A stretch of DNA of 54,468 nt from a virus (lineage: Duplodnaviria > Caudoviricetes): IMG/VR virus record IMGVR_UViG_3300021424_000043, positions 1 through 54,468 of that record, one strand, 5' to 3'. Positions 1-11,016 of the stretch are shown piece by piece. The notes beneath the pieces were generated by a model, which was not told the origin of the DNA, did no database searches, and worked only from the letters and a program-made list of their open reading frames with translations. Within the stretch, counting starts at the first letter, position 1, and every line of letters starts with the position of its first letter. The position numbers and the translations under genes were made by a program.

Positions 1-852
1 TGTGATATTTGGCTGTGCGGCTGTTGTTAGATTGCCAGCAATAGTTGTTGCTTCAAGATTACCTTTGAATGTCTGCGCACGAACATTACCTAATGTACTA
101 AATGTAACTATCTCGCCTGCTATACTTGTTTGACTACCAAATGCAAATTCTGCATTGCTAGTATCCCAACCCATAAATGCGATACGTGCTTGTGTATCAT
201 AATAGTTTAGTGCTGAACCAACATCTTTGCCACTATTACTTGAAGGGGCTGCACCGTTTGGCCCAGTGTTTAAATTAATTATTGGATCTTCAATTGATAA
301 TTCTTCAACATTTACATAGATAAGATTGCCATTTACAGTTAAGTTTCCACCAACTACTGCGTTCCCATTTACATTTAAGTCAGTTAATGTACCAACACTT
401 GTGATATTGGGTTGTGCTGCTGTTGTTAATGTACCACTTACAAAGTTTGCACTTACTAAGTTACCACCTGCAAGATTTGCTACTGTAGCATTACCTGAAC
501 TATTCAGAGTACCGGTAATATTTGCTCCAGTAGATGTGATTACTAATACGTTTGCTACACCACCTACACTTGTATTAACATTGCCATTGGCTGTTGGTAT
601 GTCAGTATTTGATGTACCATTACTGATACCTGATGTAAGTACAGTTGCCCAACTTAAGTTACCTGAGCCGTTAGTTTGTAGAAACTGTCCGCTTGAACCA
701 CCAGTAATAATTACATTGCTATTAGGGCCTAAGTTGCTTACGCCGTTGGCTGTAAAGTTGATAGTAGATACATCGCCATTAGCTTGTATTATTGTTACTG
801 CAAGATCGCCTGTAGAGAATCCTGCTATTGAATTAAGCGGTTTTAATGCCAT
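1..852 (-). CDS. Fibre/virion structural protein, paralog of 883..5115; 3' end runs off the window edge
   Basis: Not in the ORF track. ATG at 852 reads MALKPLNSIAGFSTGD...NLGPNSNVIITGGSSGQFLQTNGSGNLSW..., near-identical N-terminus to 883..5115; contains [13 protein letters not shown] repeats and the [22 protein letters not shown] module. Confidence 0.85.
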   Translation of the reverse strand, partial: MALKPLNSIAGFSTGDLAVTIIQANGDVSTINFTANGVSNLGPNSNVIITGGSSGQFLQTNGSGNLSWATVLTSGISNGTSNTDIPTANGNVNTSVGGVANVLVITSTGANITGTLNSSGNATVANLAGGNLVSANFVSGTLTTAAQPNITSVGTLTDLNVNGNAVVGGNLTVNGNLIYVNVEELSIEDPIINLNTGPNGAAPSSNSGKDVGSALNYYDTQARIAFMGWDTSNAEFAFGSQTSIAGEIVTFSTLGNVRAQTFKGNLEATTIAGNLTTAAQPNIT

Positions 853-882
853 TGTATGTAACTACCTGTAAAGGATATATCA

Positions 883-3800
883 TTATATAGTTCTATATTG
901 AGTCACCCAAACAGTTGAGTTAGAACTTGAAGGGGTAACTTGCAACGCTATATTACTACCTACTACATTAACTGCTATTGTACCAGTACCGCTGCCTAAA
1001 TTTACACCTCCAAACGTTGAGTAATCTACATTAGTACCATTAGTAACAGCAGTGACTAGTGCCATACTATATTTTGAACCTGTGTTATCAGTTGCCTTAA
1101 CTATCCATTCAATACCAGTTACTCCACTTACAGGAATAGTTGATATTGTTTGGTTAGCAGATGTAGTAGTTGTAGTAACTGTGCCCCAATAAATCGCAGT
1201 ATTACCTATTTGAGTTCCAACACTAGCACTTATGTTTCCACTAGTAATTAAATTACCACCAGTTATATTGCCAGTAGCACTTACTACGCCGGTTAAACTT
1301 ACGTTACCTGCGCTTACGTTAGCAGTAAAGACACCTGCTGCTGCACCGATGTTGCCAACATTAGCATTGCCAGTTACACTTAATGCTCCAGCAGTAGTTA
1401 AATTACCGCCAGTGACGTTGCCTGTAGCAACAATCAATCCTGCAGTGCCTAAATTACCTACGTTAGCATTACCTGTAACAGCAAGTGTTGTTAGCGAACC
1501 AACGCTTGTAACGTTAGGCTGAGCAGCTGTTGTTAATGTACCAGTTAATAAACTTGCGCCTATAGTACCACTATTAGCATATACATTACCTGCTATAGCA
1601 TTGCCTGTGACTGCTAATGAACCAAGTGTACCAACACTTGTCAAACTTGAATTTATAATACTTGCGTTTAGTGTTGTGCCAGTTAAGTTAGCAGCGTTTG
1701 CTGTAATAGATGTATTTGCAGCATTAGTCAACTGACCTTGTGCATTAACAGTAAACGTTGCTACCGCATCGCCATTACCATATGTACCTGCTGTTACAGT
1801 GGTATTAGTTATACTGAAAACTGTACCGGTTAATGTTAGACCTGTACCTGCTGTAAATGTACCAGCACCACTAAATTGAACCCATTCAATTGGACTTGTG
1901 CCTACTGTCGGAACTGCATCAATCTGCACCCAACCAGTTGAGTCGTATTCATTGCCGCCTGTGACAAATGTAAAGTCACCACCTTGTATCTCACTAGAAG
2001 TGTTATAGTCAGTTGCTCTTGTTAATACTGTGCTGCTTGTAAAGACATAGATACCATTTTGTGCAGCAGCCGTCTGATTTTTAACAAGTATGCGAGTACC
2101 AACTGTTGCGATATTTACACCGTCAATAGTTGTATATGATCCTGTGGTTGTGAGTGTTGCACCTACACCTGCAGTGCCGTTATTATATGTAACAGTACCG
2201 CCTGATATTACAGCAAGTGTATTTGGTGTTGCCGCTGCACAACTTGCGTGTATGTGCAAACCTTCTGCCACTTCATCAACATATTGTTTGGTAGCTGCGT
2301 CTGTACTTGCTACAGGTGTAGCAAGATTTGAAATTTTCTTAGTTGATACATCGACAGCACCTGTGCCAGTTGGTGCTAGTGTAATATTTTGATTAGTACC
2401 AGCTGCTGTAATACTAATACCTGATGTTTTACCAACAATTAAATCCGTAACAATATTTGCACTTGTTGTGACGTTGCCAGTAACACCTAATGAAGTTAAT
2501 GTACCAACACTTGTGATATTTGGTTGTGCTGCTGTAGTCAGCGTGCCTGTTAGTAAACTTGCACCTATAGTACCACTATTAGCATAAACATTTCCTGCTA
2601 TAACATTTCCAGTTACATCTAATGAAGTTAATGTTCCAACACTTGTGATATTTGGTTGTGCTGCTGTTGTTACAGTACCTGCAGTGCCTGCAGTTGCTAC
2701 GTTTAAGTTAGCAACTTGAGTTGTGCTTGTAACTACGAGTGGGGCAGTTCCGGTCGCTACATTACTTTCTAGCGTACTTGCAACAACTTTGCCGGCAGTA
2801 TTTATATTACCACCTGATACATTACCTGTGGCTGCTACCACACCAGCAGTAGTTAGATTACCACCTGAAACATTACCTGTTGCTGCCACTACACCTGCTG
2901 TAGTAAGATTACCGCCGCTAACATTTCCTGTAGCCGCAACGACTCCTGCAGTAGTAATATTACCGCCAGTAACATTGCCTGTCGCTAAAACCAGTCCTGC
3001 TGTAGTTAAATTGCCGCCAGTTATATTGCCTGTTGCGTCTACTACACCGGCTGTAGTTAAATTACCACCAGTGACGTTACTTGTAGCATTTAATGTACCA
3101 GTAATATTGGCACCAGTTGCAGTAACTACTAATACATTAGCAGTGCCATTCACACTTGTGTTTACATTGCCATTTGCTACTGGAATATTAACATTTGATG
3201 TGCCGTTACTAATTTGTGACTGCTCAATAGTAGTCCAACTTACATTACCTGATCCATTAGTTGATAGGAATTGTCCGTCAGTGCCGCCAGTGATTATTAC
3301 GTTACTGTTAGGGCCTAAATTACTTACGCCATTAACTGTTAATCCAGTTAGTGTCCCAACACTTGTTATATTTGGTTGCGCTGCGTCATTTACCGTATTT
3401 GACAATGCCGCCGTCGCTGCCCTTAGATTTGCTACTAATGTAGTAGATACCACTACAAGTGGGGCAGTGCCAATTGCTACATTACTTTCTAATGTGCTTG
3501 CTACAACCTTGCCTGCTGTATTGATATTGCCACCTGTAATATTACCGGTAGCAACAATTACTCCACCTGTAGTTAAATTACCACCTGATACGTTACCTGT
3601 TGCTGTAATTAATCCAGCAGTACCTAGATTACCTACGTTAGCATTACCTGTAGCATTTATTGTGCCTGCAATATTAGCACCAGTTGCAGTAACTACTAAT
3701 ACATTAGCAGTGCCATTCACACTTGTGTTTATATTGCCGCTTGCTACTGGTATATTGATATTACTAGTACCGTTCGCTACTTGCCCTTGTAAGTTACCTA

Positions 3801-5115
3801 TAAAAGTGTTTGCTACAATATTACCATTAGCGCCAATATTGATACTAGCCGGGGTAACTAAATCGCCATTTGTTTTAAATTGCCAAGTTTTTACATTACC
3901 TGCATTACCCAGGTTTGTTGCAATATATGCACCGTCTGGCGAATCTTCTACCCAAACTGCTGTGTTTGCATCTCCACTAAGTATTTCTACAAATTTTGAT
4001 GTTGTGCCTGCTTTGATTGATACGTTTCCATCGGTAGTATTAATTCTAGCATTACCTGGTAATGTAATATTACCAGTAGATTGAAATTCTAGTGCTTTCG
4101 AAGTGCCTGATGTATTAGCAGTCAATGTAATAGAATTTGCTGATTGTATGTTTGACGTAATTACACGTTCTGTGCCTAAGTTACCAACATTAGCATTACC
4201 TGTAGCATTTAATGTACCTGCAACATTGGCTCCTGAACTAGTTACTACTAATACATTAGGTACACCGCCAACACTAGTGTTAATATTGCCATTTGTTGCC
4301 GGAATACTAACATTTGATGTGCCGTTGGCTAACGGCCCTATGAGGTTAGCGCCACTTATATTACCAGTTGCAATTAATATTTCTGTACCAATATTTCCAA
4401 TGTTAGCATTGCCAACAATATTAGCAAGACCAGCAACATTTACGCCTGTCGCTGTTACTATAAATTGAGCCGAGGCATTACCTGCAACAAATGTTGCAAC
4501 GTTTCCACCTTGGGTTAATGTTATATTAGTAGTACCATTTTTTAGTAATCCACTATTAATAGTAGTAATATTACCAGTGGTAATGATTGCTGTATCAGTA
4601 CCTAAATTACCAACATTAGCGTTACCTGTAGCATTTAATGTACCTGCAACATTTGAACCTGTAGTTGTTACTGTAAATACGTTTGCTACACCGCCGACAC
4701 TTATATTAACATTGCCGTTTGCTGTAGGAATAGCAACATTACTTGTACCATGTAGAATTTCGTCTGTTTCTAAAGACCCAGCAGTTAATACGCCAGTTAC
4801 GTTTGCATTACCTGTTACTTTAAATAATTGTGTAGTATTATTAAATGTTAAATTTGCGCTTGCTGCAAAGTTATCATTCATGTTAAATTGCAATTCAGTA
4901 TCACTTCCTGCTGCTTCTTGGAAGTCCCAGGGCACACCATTGCTATAATATAAATTATCTGTTAAAATTCCAAATGCTGCATTTGTATTGCTTATCGCAA
5001 CATTGCCTACAAAAGTACCTTTATTTGCTGTAATATCTGCGTTTGGTAAAATTACATTGGCAGGAACTTCCCCTACCGAGAAGCCACCTACTGAATTTAG
5101 TGGTTTAAGTGCCAT
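883..5115 (-). CDS. Long G/N/T/V-rich repetitive fibre (tail/head fibre-like), 1410 aa
   Basis: Low-complexity beta-repeat composition; [16 protein letters not shown] repeats; RILVKNQT..QNGIYV..LTRATD structural module; late promoter and GGAG SD upstream. Confidence 0.75.
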   Translation of the reverse strand: MALKPLNSVGGFSVGEVPANVILPNADITANKGTFVGNVAISNTNAAFGILTDNLYYSNGVPWDFQEAAGSDTELQFNMNDNFAASANLTFNNTTQLFKVTGNANVTGVLTAGSLETDEILHGTSNVAIPTANGNVNISVGGVANVFTVTTTGSNVAGTLNATGNANVGNLGTDTAIITTGNITTINSGLLKNGTTNITLTQGGNVATFVAGNASAQFIVTATGVNVAGLANIVGNANIGNIGTEILIATGNISGANLIGPLANGTSNVSIPATNGNINTSVGGVPNVLVVTSSGANVAGTLNATGNANVGNLGTERVITSNIQSANSITLTANTSGTSKALEFQSTGNITLPGNARINTTDGNVSIKAGTTSKFVEILSGDANTAVWVEDSPDGAYIATNLGNAGNVKTWQFKTNGDLVTPASINIGANGNIVANTFIGNLQGQVANGTSNINIPVASGNINTSVNGTANVLVVTATGANIAGTINATGNANVGNLGTAGLITATGNVSGGNLTTGGVIVATGNITGGNINTAGKVVASTLESNVAIGTAPLVVVSTTLVANLRAATAALSNTVNDAAQPNITSVGTLTGLTVNGVSNLGPNSNVIITGGTDGQFLSTNGSGNVSWTTIEQSQISNGTSNVNIPVANGNVNTSVNGTANVLVVTATGANITGTLNATSNVTGGNLTTAGVVDATGNITGGNLTTAGLVLATGNVTGGNITTAGVVAATGNVSGGNLTTAGVVAATGNVSGGNLTTAGVVAATGNVSGGNINTAGKVVASTLESNVATGTAPLVVTSTTQVANLNVATAGTAGTVTTAAQPNITSVGTLTSLDVTGNVIAGNVYANSGTIGASLLTGTLTTAAQPNITSVGTLTSLGVTGNVTTSANIVTDLIVGKTSGISITAAGTNQNITLAPTGTGAVDVSTKKISNLATPVASTDAATKQYVDEVAEGLHIHASCAAATPNTLAVISGGTVTYNNGTAGVGATLTTTGSYTTIDGVNIATVGTRILVKNQTAAAQNGIYVFTSSTVLTRATDYNTSSEIQGGDFTFVTGGNEYDSTGWVQIDAVPTVGTSPIEWVQFSGAGTFTAGTGLTLTGTVFSITNTTVTAGTYGNGDAVATFTVNAQGQLTNAANTSITANAANLTGTTLNASIINSSLTSVGTLGSLAVTGNAIAGNVYANSGTIGASLLTGTLTTAAQPNVTSVGSLTTLAVTGNANVGNLGTAGLIVATGNVTGGNLTTAGALSVTGNANVGNIGAAAGVFTANVSAGNVSLTGVVSATGNITGGNLITSGNISASVGTQIGNTAIYWGTVTTTTTSANQTISTIPVSGVTGIEWIVKATDNTGSKYSMALVTAVTNGTNVDYSTFGGVNLGSGTGTIAVNVVGSNIALQVTPSSSNSTVWVTQYRTI
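2780..3085 (-). repeat. About six tandem 51-bp (17-aa) repeats, GNV(S/T)GGNLTTAGVVAAT
   Basis: Read directly from the translation; boundaries approximate. Confidence 0.85.
3110..3731. repeat. Exact 55-bp direct repeat (3110-3164 = 3677-3731)
   Basis: gcaccagttgcagtaactactaatacattagcagtgccattcacacttgtgttta present twice. Confidence 0.9.
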
Positions 5116-5137
5116 GTCTGCTAATCTCCGTTATCAT

Positions 5138-5145
5138 TATTTATC
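5138..5145 (-). promoter_or_regulatory. T4-like late promoter GATAAATA
   Basis: 7/8 match to T4 TATAAATA, intergenic, upstream of the fibre gene. Confidence 0.7.
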
Positions 5146-5151
5146 GTTTTC

Positions 5152-6993
5152 TCATGTTTGATATGATGTGATCTGCATTTTATGCGATTGTAAATCTGCT
5201 GATTGTGGACTTAATTGTAAAACTAATGCCGGATCTGCTATAGTATTTCCAGCGAAATAATTTACGCTAAAGTCCCCTATATAACCGTTCACAGGTAATG
5301 TACTAAATTCTACATAGTTTACAGTAGTACCATATATTACTGCTGATATCTTTGTAATATTTCTAATATTTGCTGATGACTGAGTAGATATAATAGTAAA
5401 ATCGACTCCGGCTAAGTTGGCAACTGGTAAGCTTATAATGGTTTGGTCAGAAGCTGCACTATTAGTTGTAGCGAAATAAACATTACTGTAACTAAACTTA
5501 TATATACCTGCACCTATTACCATTGAGTTGGCTATTAAGTTACCTGCTAATTGCAAGTTACCTGTAACAGAATTATAAACTAAGTTTGGACTACCAGCAA
5601 ACGCACCGTTGTTGTTAAATTGTATTTGTGTATTACTACCACCAGGCGTGCCGTTGCCCCCACCACCTCCTTCTATCCAACTTAGATTGCCAAAGCCGTC
5701 AGTAGACAATACATAACCATCAATACCGCCGGTAATATGAACATTACTATTACTGCCTAAATTTACATTAGCAGAGTTAGCAAAGTTGGCCTTACCTAAT
5801 ACTATCAAATTTGCATTTGCATTTATATTAGCATTACCTGAGGTTACAGTTAATCTAGCTGTTTGCGTTAACCCACTGGTTGTAAAATTACCAGAATTAG
5901 TTGTGCCATTAACAGTTAATGAAGTTAATGTACCAACGCTAGTAATATTTGATTGTGTACCTTCACTAACTGTATTTGCAATATCTGCACTATCAACGTT
6001 TAAGTTGGCAACGCGAGTTGTTGATATTACTTGTAATGGAGCAGTACCGTCAGCTACATTTGATATTAATACGTTTGATGCTGTTATATTACCTATAACT
6101 TTTAATGATGATAATACATTACCGACAACTGTGATGTTACCAGTTTGTGTATTTCCATTAACAACAAAAAGATTATTACTTGTAGCAAAAGTAAGATTTG
6201 CTGAAGCAGCAAATACATTATTATTATTAAATTGAATTTGTGTATTACTACCTGCTGGGTTAGCACTACCAGCAGGTCCGGTAGCTCCTTCTGGTCCAGT
6301 AGAGCCAGTCGATCCTGTTAGCCCAGTAACACCTGTACTACCTGTAGCACCTCTAGAGCCTGCTGGACCTGTGGCTCCGCTTGGTCCTGTTGGACCCAAA
6401 TTACCTGTAGCACCTTCTGCGCCTGCTGGCCCAGTAGCACCAATTGGACCTGTAATGCCAGTAGCGCCTCTTGGTCCAGTTGCGCCTGTTGGGCCAAAGC
6501 CCGCATCACTCCAATATAATACACCGTTACCATATGTTGTTAAAACTTGATCTAAATTGCCGCCCGGTATATTAATATTACCAACATTAGAAAAGTTTAC
6601 TTTATTACCTACAGTAAGATTTGAGGTAGTAGTTTGATTTACAACAGTTAAACTATTACCAATAGTAGTATCATCGCGTAAATCAATAGTTAAAGTTTGT
6701 GCTGAATTACTGTAGACAGCATAATTTGCTGTGCTGTTTCCAGCACCTATACCTATACCTAGACTACTTGTTTGTACTTGTACGCAAGCAATTTTTGCAC
6801 TAATAATAACATTACCAGTGGGTTGATTGACACTTATTCCTGCCCCAGACTTTACGCTTAGTACAGAGCCTGATTCTTGTGAATCAAATAATTGATCAAA
6901 ATTAAATTGTACTTTTTCAAACGCAACACGGATCGCATCTGCATTTGGATCATCGGGAAAACTACCGAAATCAATATTTTGTTGTGTGGCCAT
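5152..6993 (-). CDS. Collagen-like fibre/baseplate-associated structural protein, 613 aa
   Basis: N-terminal Q.IDFG..PDD..AD.IR.AF.K motif typical of T4 gp9/gp10-like anchors; Gly-X-Y run (~6270-6500); C-terminal domain similar to that of 883..5115. Confidence 0.7.
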   Translation of the reverse strand: MATQQNIDFGSFPDDPNADAIRVAFEKVQFNFDQLFDSQESGSVLSVKSGAGISVNQPTGNVIISAKIACVQVQTSSLGIGIGAGNSTANYAVYSNSAQTLTIDLRDDTTIGNSLTVVNQTTTSNLTVGNKVNFSNVGNINIPGGNLDQVLTTYGNGVLYWSDAGFGPTGATGPRGATGITGPIGATGPAGAEGATGNLGPTGPSGATGPAGSRGATGSTGVTGLTGSTGSTGPEGATGPAGSANPAGSNTQIQFNNNNVFAASANLTFATSNNLFVVNGNTQTGNITVVGNVLSSLKVIGNITASNVLISNVADGTAPLQVISTTRVANLNVDSADIANTVSEGTQSNITSVGTLTSLTVNGTTNSGNFTTSGLTQTARLTVTSGNANINANANLIVLGKANFANSANVNLGSNSNVHITGGIDGYVLSTDGFGNLSWIEGGGGGNGTPGGSNTQIQFNNNGAFAGSPNLVYNSVTGNLQLAGNLIANSMVIGAGIYKFSYSNVYFATTNSAASDQTIISLPVANLAGVDFTIISTQSSANIRNITKISAVIYGTTVNYVEFSTLPVNGYIGDFSVNYFAGNTIADPALVLQLSPQSADLQSHKMQITSYQT

Positions 6994-7016
6994 TGATAAT
7001 AATACCGTTAATATAG

Positions 7017-7024
7017 TATTTATT
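7017..7024 (-). promoter_or_regulatory. Late promoter AATAAATA
   Basis: Directly downstream of a terminator and upstream of the start at 6993. Confidence 0.65.
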
Positions 7025-7027
7025 CTT

Positions 7028-7056
7028 AAAAAAGAAATGCCCGGCTAAGCCGGGCA
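7028..7056 (-). terminator. Rho-independent terminator after the 777-aa gene
   Basis: 8-bp stem tgcccggc/gccgggca, 3-nt loop, followed by a U-rich tract on the minus strand. Confidence 0.85.
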
Positions 7057-7084
7057 CTCTAGTTAAGTAATATACTAAAATAAC

Positions 7085-9418
7085 TTACTTTTTAACAGCA
7101 GGCTTTATACCCGCCAACTTAATCCATGAATTTAAATCTTCTTTTTCGCCGGTTCTAGCATCTTGTCCTGTAATGACAGGAATAGTTGTTTGACCAGTTA
7201 CCTTAGGCTTGTTTAAACCACCTGCTATAGTTTTAGTCATAAACTCAATATCTTGTTCAAATGCTGTGTCTGTGCCTTTGCCCCCGGCATTGTTTGCCCA
7301 CTCATCAACTTTCTTTTTCTTATCTTTCTTATCATCGTATTCAATGTCTTTAGTTACTTTCTTACCAGCCTTTTCTGCTTTATCATCATCTTTACCCTTA
7401 TGACCTTCATCATATTCTATATCTTTAGTAACTTTCTTACCAGCTTTTTCTGCCTTTTTATCTTTTTTCTGAGTTGATTCCTCTGCTATCCATGCTAGTT
7501 TCTTGTATAATGATAAAAAGCTTGATTCGCTCATTGTGTCATTCTTTTCTTCTCTGTCTTTCTTGTCGTCATATTCAATATCTTTAGTTACTTTCTTTCC
7601 TGCCTTTTCTGCTTTATTGTCATCTTTACCTTTATGACCTTCATCATATTCTATGTCTTTAGCAACTTTCTTTCCTGCCTTTTCAGCATGTTGATCCATT
7701 TTATCAGTTGATTCTTCGTTTACATCTTCTGCTTCTTCTTGTTCTGCCTGACCTACTGAATTTGAACCCGGGGCTTCTGCGCCATCTTCGTTGGTAGCAC
7801 CACCGCTTGCTGGTTTCCCAACATTATCTAACTCAGTGTTTCTTGCACTAGCATCGAAACCATCATCTTCAGAACCATCACTTTCTGATGTTGTAGCATA
7901 TAATGTTTGATCTTTTGTTAGAACTTCATCTACTGCCTCTTTGTTACATACGTGATTTTCTTCCATTGTGCCGCCACATTCATCACAAGGCTCTTTCTTC
8001 ATATCCTCATTTCCATGCAAATCTTCATCTTTATAATCATCATCGTCTGAGCCTATTTTTTGTAATAGCCCTTTCATATCTGAATGATGCATTTTTGGAG
8101 CACCATAGTCACTTACTGTAGTAACTACTGCTGCTGGTTCTTCAGCATCGCCCATACCACCTAGGCCAACTTGCTTAATGAATGCTAATAATTTACCTGC
8201 TTCATCTTCTGTGCCAGTTACGCTTACGCTATCTGGTGCCCCTTGATTACCAGTTGACATAGAAACACTTAGACCTTCATTTACAGTTTCTTCTACATCT
8301 TCTTTTAATAATTCATTTAGTTGTTTGTCTAATGATTCAAATGCTAATGACTCTGTTTCTAATACGTCTGAGTCTTTAAATTCTTGACCAAATGCCTTGA
8401 AAGTATTGCCAGGAGTAGTTTTGGCTTTGTGCTGCATGTATGCAGTCTTGTCCATCTCGTCTAGTCCTGCTTCCATTGTTGCTACTGCTTCTTCCATACC
8501 AGTAATTGGTTCGTTCTTAACGCCCATACCATAGCATTCATCTAGGCCAGTCTTGTAGCCTTCATAATAATGTTTTGCTTCTTCCATATCTTCATAATGT
8601 TTGACACGGCATGCGCGTTCTCTTAAACCATCTGCCTGACCTTCTTGATAGGCTGCTCTGTGTTTCTTGTTCATAGATTCTTTTACCTGTGTAATTTCTA
8701 GTATGTTGTCATTACGACCGGCGCCTAGACCTGCACCGTAGTCAGGACCTGACTTAGGAATTTCTGCCTCTTCAGTTTTTTTCTTGATGTTCTTAGCAAT
8801 ATCATGTGCCTTTACAATTGTTGACTTTTTCAATGGTGGCGTATCGCCAGTTCTTTTCATTGCTGCCGCCATACCAATTGCATATGGATTCTTTGCTTTT
8901 TCGTCAAGTGATTCTTCTTTCATAGCAGCGCCTTCGCCACTCTTCCAACCACCTTTTGCACGTAATGCGAAATTGATTTGACGCATCTTCTTTGCTGCTG
9001 GACTATCTTTGTCATGTGGGCCACTCTTGTGTAGTTTTGCCAACATTGACTTCAATTCTTCTTTGGTCTTATCTTTATACTGACCAGTTGGTTTTACTTT
9101 AGCATCGCCTGCCCACTTTTCATCAAGTTCTTCTTCTTTCATTGGTTGGTCATTCATAGTGATTTGACCGTCTTTAATTGCTTGAGCCATGGTTTTTGCT
9201 AACATGGGATCTGTAACTTTGCCTACTACCTCGCCGTCTTTTTTAAGTACTGAAGTTTCTTGCTTTTCCGGTTCAATTTTAAGGTTTGATGAAAGTTGTT
9301 CAAAAATCTTTTTCAAGGAAGGAAGATTTGATGCCTTTACTTCAACAGTTGCTTCTTCCGTTGTTTCAACAGATTGTTTTTCATCGTATAATTTTACAAT
9401 CAAATCTCTAAATTCCAT
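7085..9418 (-). CDS. Highly charged, repeat-containing protein; probable internal head/prohead core protein, 777 aa
   Basis: E/K/D-rich; four AEKAGKKV(T/A)KDIEYD repeats; many (L/V)xE motifs; late-gene context. Confidence 0.5.
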   Translation of the reverse strand: MEFRDLIVKLYDEKQSVETTEEATVEVKASNLPSLKKIFEQLSSNLKIEPEKQETSVLKKDGEVVGKVTDPMLAKTMAQAIKDGQITMNDQPMKEEELDEKWAGDAKVKPTGQYKDKTKEELKSMLAKLHKSGPHDKDSPAAKKMRQINFALRAKGGWKSGEGAAMKEESLDEKAKNPYAIGMAAAMKRTGDTPPLKKSTIVKAHDIAKNIKKKTEEAEIPKSGPDYGAGLGAGRNDNILEITQVKESMNKKHRAAYQEGQADGLRERACRVKHYEDMEEAKHYYEGYKTGLDECYGMGVKNEPITGMEEAVATMEAGLDEMDKTAYMQHKAKTTPGNTFKAFGQEFKDSDVLETESLAFESLDKQLNELLKEDVEETVNEGLSVSMSTGNQGAPDSVSVTGTEDEAGKLLAFIKQVGLGGMGDAEEPAAVVTTVSDYGAPKMHHSDMKGLLQKIGSDDDDYKDEDLHGNEDMKKEPCDECGGTMEENHVCNKEAVDEVLTKDQTLYATTSESDGSEDDGFDASARNTELDNVGKPASGGATNEDGAEAPGSNSVGQAEQEEAEDVNEESTDKMDQHAEKAGKKVAKDIEYDEGHKGKDDNKAEKAGKKVTKDIEYDDKKDREEKNDTMSESSFLSLYKKLAWIAEESTQKKDKKAEKAGKKVTKDIEYDEGHKGKDDDKAEKAGKKVTKDIEYDDKKDKKKKVDEWANNAGGKGTDTAFEQDIEFMTKTIAGGLNKPKVTGQTTIPVITGQDARTGEKEDLNSWIKLAGIKPAVKK
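7323..7690 (-). repeat. Nested duplication: two ~135-bp units, each holding two AEKAGKKV.KDIEYD repeats
   Basis: Visible in both protein and DNA (about 7323-7456 and 7557-7690). Confidence 0.85.
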
Positions 9419-9433
9419 TTTAATTACCCTGTA

Positions 9434-10063
9434 TTAGCGTGCGCCAGTCTTTGGTTTATCTGGTACTTTAATTTTAGAAAATGGACTCTTATCACCCATC
9501 TTTTTATCATCTTGATATGGCTTGAATGGATCAAAACTATCTGGAGTTTTCTTTGCTGCGAAAGGAATATCTTTGATGCCAAATTGATCCTTGCTTTGAT
9601 CTTTAATGCTATTTAAATATGAGTTAGCATAATCAGCACTTGCTTTTTTACTTGCATCACCACCATCTTCCATTTGTTCATGTGTTAGAACTGGACTGTG
9701 TGACATTTGATTTTCATATTGTTCGCTTTCAGTGTCAATGCTTTCATCATACTTTGTATTCACTGCACGTACCATATTAATATTATAACCTAGTAATTGT
9801 GCCATTTGTTGTATCATTGGTTCTGTTGCTGGATAACGAAACTTACACTTAATAATTGTAACAGGTTGATTTGATAAGTTAGGAAAACCATATGGCGACT
9901 TCATTACTGGGGTAGTTTTTGGTGGTCCCATTTCTACTGGCTCAAACTTCTTTAGATTATACATAAACATGTCTAAAAAGTTTTTATCCACTTCGCCCGC
10001 AACTTTTACTGTAATATCATATGTATGTAGGCTTTCTACAATGTATTGTTTCAAACTTTTCAT
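9434..10063 (-). CDS. Late hypothetical protein, possible head-internal protein
   Basis: Clean 209-aa ORF; late promoter GATAAATA at 10080-10087; N-terminus MKSLKQYIVE resembles T4 capsid-targeting sequences. Confidence 0.5.
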   Translation of the reverse strand: MKSLKQYIVESLHTYDITVKVAGEVDKNFLDMFMYNLKKFEPVEMGPPKTTPVMKSPYGFPNLSNQPVTIIKCKFRYPATEPMIQQMAQLLGYNINMVRAVNTKYDESIDTESEQYENQMSHSPVLTHEQMEDGGDASKKASADYANSYLNSIKDQSKDQFGIKDIPFAAKKTPDSFDPFKPYQDDKKMGDKSPFSKIKVPDKPKTGAR

Positions 10064-10085
10064 ATTTGTTCCCTAATAATATTTA

Positions 10086-10568
10086 TCACTGGTCTTTGTT
10101 TTTATTGGTCAAGATTTTAAGCAATTCTGTACGATCTAATGCTTTACCCTCGCCCAGAGGTATAGATTCTAGTTGTTCTTCATTCTTGGCTTGTTTTTGA
10201 TCTATTGTTGCTTTCTTTAACTGCAATTCAATCATTTTAAGTTTTTTCTGTACTTTAGCAGTTTTAGCAGTAATAGCATGTCCTAGCATTGTGCCTGCAA
10301 CACCGAATATTTCACTACTATAACGACTATCAACTTGCATACCTAAATCCATTAAATCTTTATAACTATTCTGTGCGAGATTTGCCAAATCATCCATTTC
10401 AATGTCGGCACTTTCTAAGCCACGTACTTGTGGTAATGCATTTTCTATCTTGTCAAGATTTTTAAGAGCTGCTTCTGTTATTTCTTGTGTTTCTGGTGGT
10501 AATTCGACATCATTAGATTCTGACGACACGTTTGCTAACTGAAACAATTCTTCTAACTTTTTGGTCAT
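10086..10568 (-). CDS. Putative terminase small subunit (gp16-like)
   Basis: Helical 160-aa protein; Y.DLMDLG..V..R...IFGVA..ML...K..K.IELQ pattern resembles T4-like TerS; adjacent to a gp4-like gene. Confidence 0.45.
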   Translation of the reverse strand: MTKKLEELFQLANVSSESNDVELPPETQEITEAALKNLDKIENALPQVRGLESADIEMDDLANLAQNSYKDLMDLGMQVDSRYSSEIFGVAGTMLGHAITAKTAKVQKKLKMIELQLKKATIDQKQAKNEEQLESIPLGEGKALDRTELLKILTNKNKDQ

Positions 10569-10578
10569 ACATTATTTA

Positions 10579-11016
10579 TTAACCCCGTTTTCCATTATAG
10601 AAAATATCATCTTCTGTAATTACACGAAAGGTTAGTCCTTGACGTTTGCAATATACACTGGCTGCTTGCCATTTGGCATAATTCAATGCTACTGTAGCAC
10701 GGTCTTTAGCACTTGCAATTTTACTTTCAATAATACTTTGCTTTTTTGGTTTTATTTCTACAATCTCGCCCCGTTTATTACCGTGTTTGTCTTGGTACAT
10801 TACGAAAAAATCTGGGACATACACCGTTTGCTTGCCAGTAAATGGATTTTTATAGGGCACTTTTATTGCTTCACTAGCCCATGCTATGATATTGTCATTA
10901 TTATCACAAAACTTCATAAAGGTTAATTCCCAACCACTGCGAAATTTAGGCTTATGATTACCTACATATTTTTGTGAGTTTTGTGGGGTATAAACACCCG
11001 ACGCAAATTTTTTCAT
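10579..11016 (-). CDS. Head completion nuclease (T4 gp4-like, TnsA-like PD-(D/E)XK)
   Basis: KYVG...FRSGWE..FM..CD.N..I..WASE...PY...YVPDF...EIKP...KW.AA..YC...F.VITE motif series. Confidence 0.85.
   Translation of the reverse strand: MKKFASGVYTPQNSQKYVGNHKPKFRSGWELTFMKFCDNNDNIIAWASEAIKVPYKNPFTGKQTVYVPDFFVMYQDKHGNKRGEIVEIKPKKQSIIESKIASAKDRATVALNYAKWQAASVYCKRQGLTFRVITEDDIFYNGKRG

Noticed and set aside
326-6235. Long plus-strand ORFs rich in P/V/L/T (e.g. 2723..4084), and similar ones at 28589-33814
   Set aside because: Antisense shadows of repetitive G/N/T/V-rich fibre genes, whose codons rarely give stops on the opposite strand; no SD or promoter support
10579-11016. TnsA-like nuclease as evidence of a Tn7-like transposon
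   Set aside because: Motifs and context match the T4 gp4 head-completion protein; no tnsB/tnsC or transposon ends
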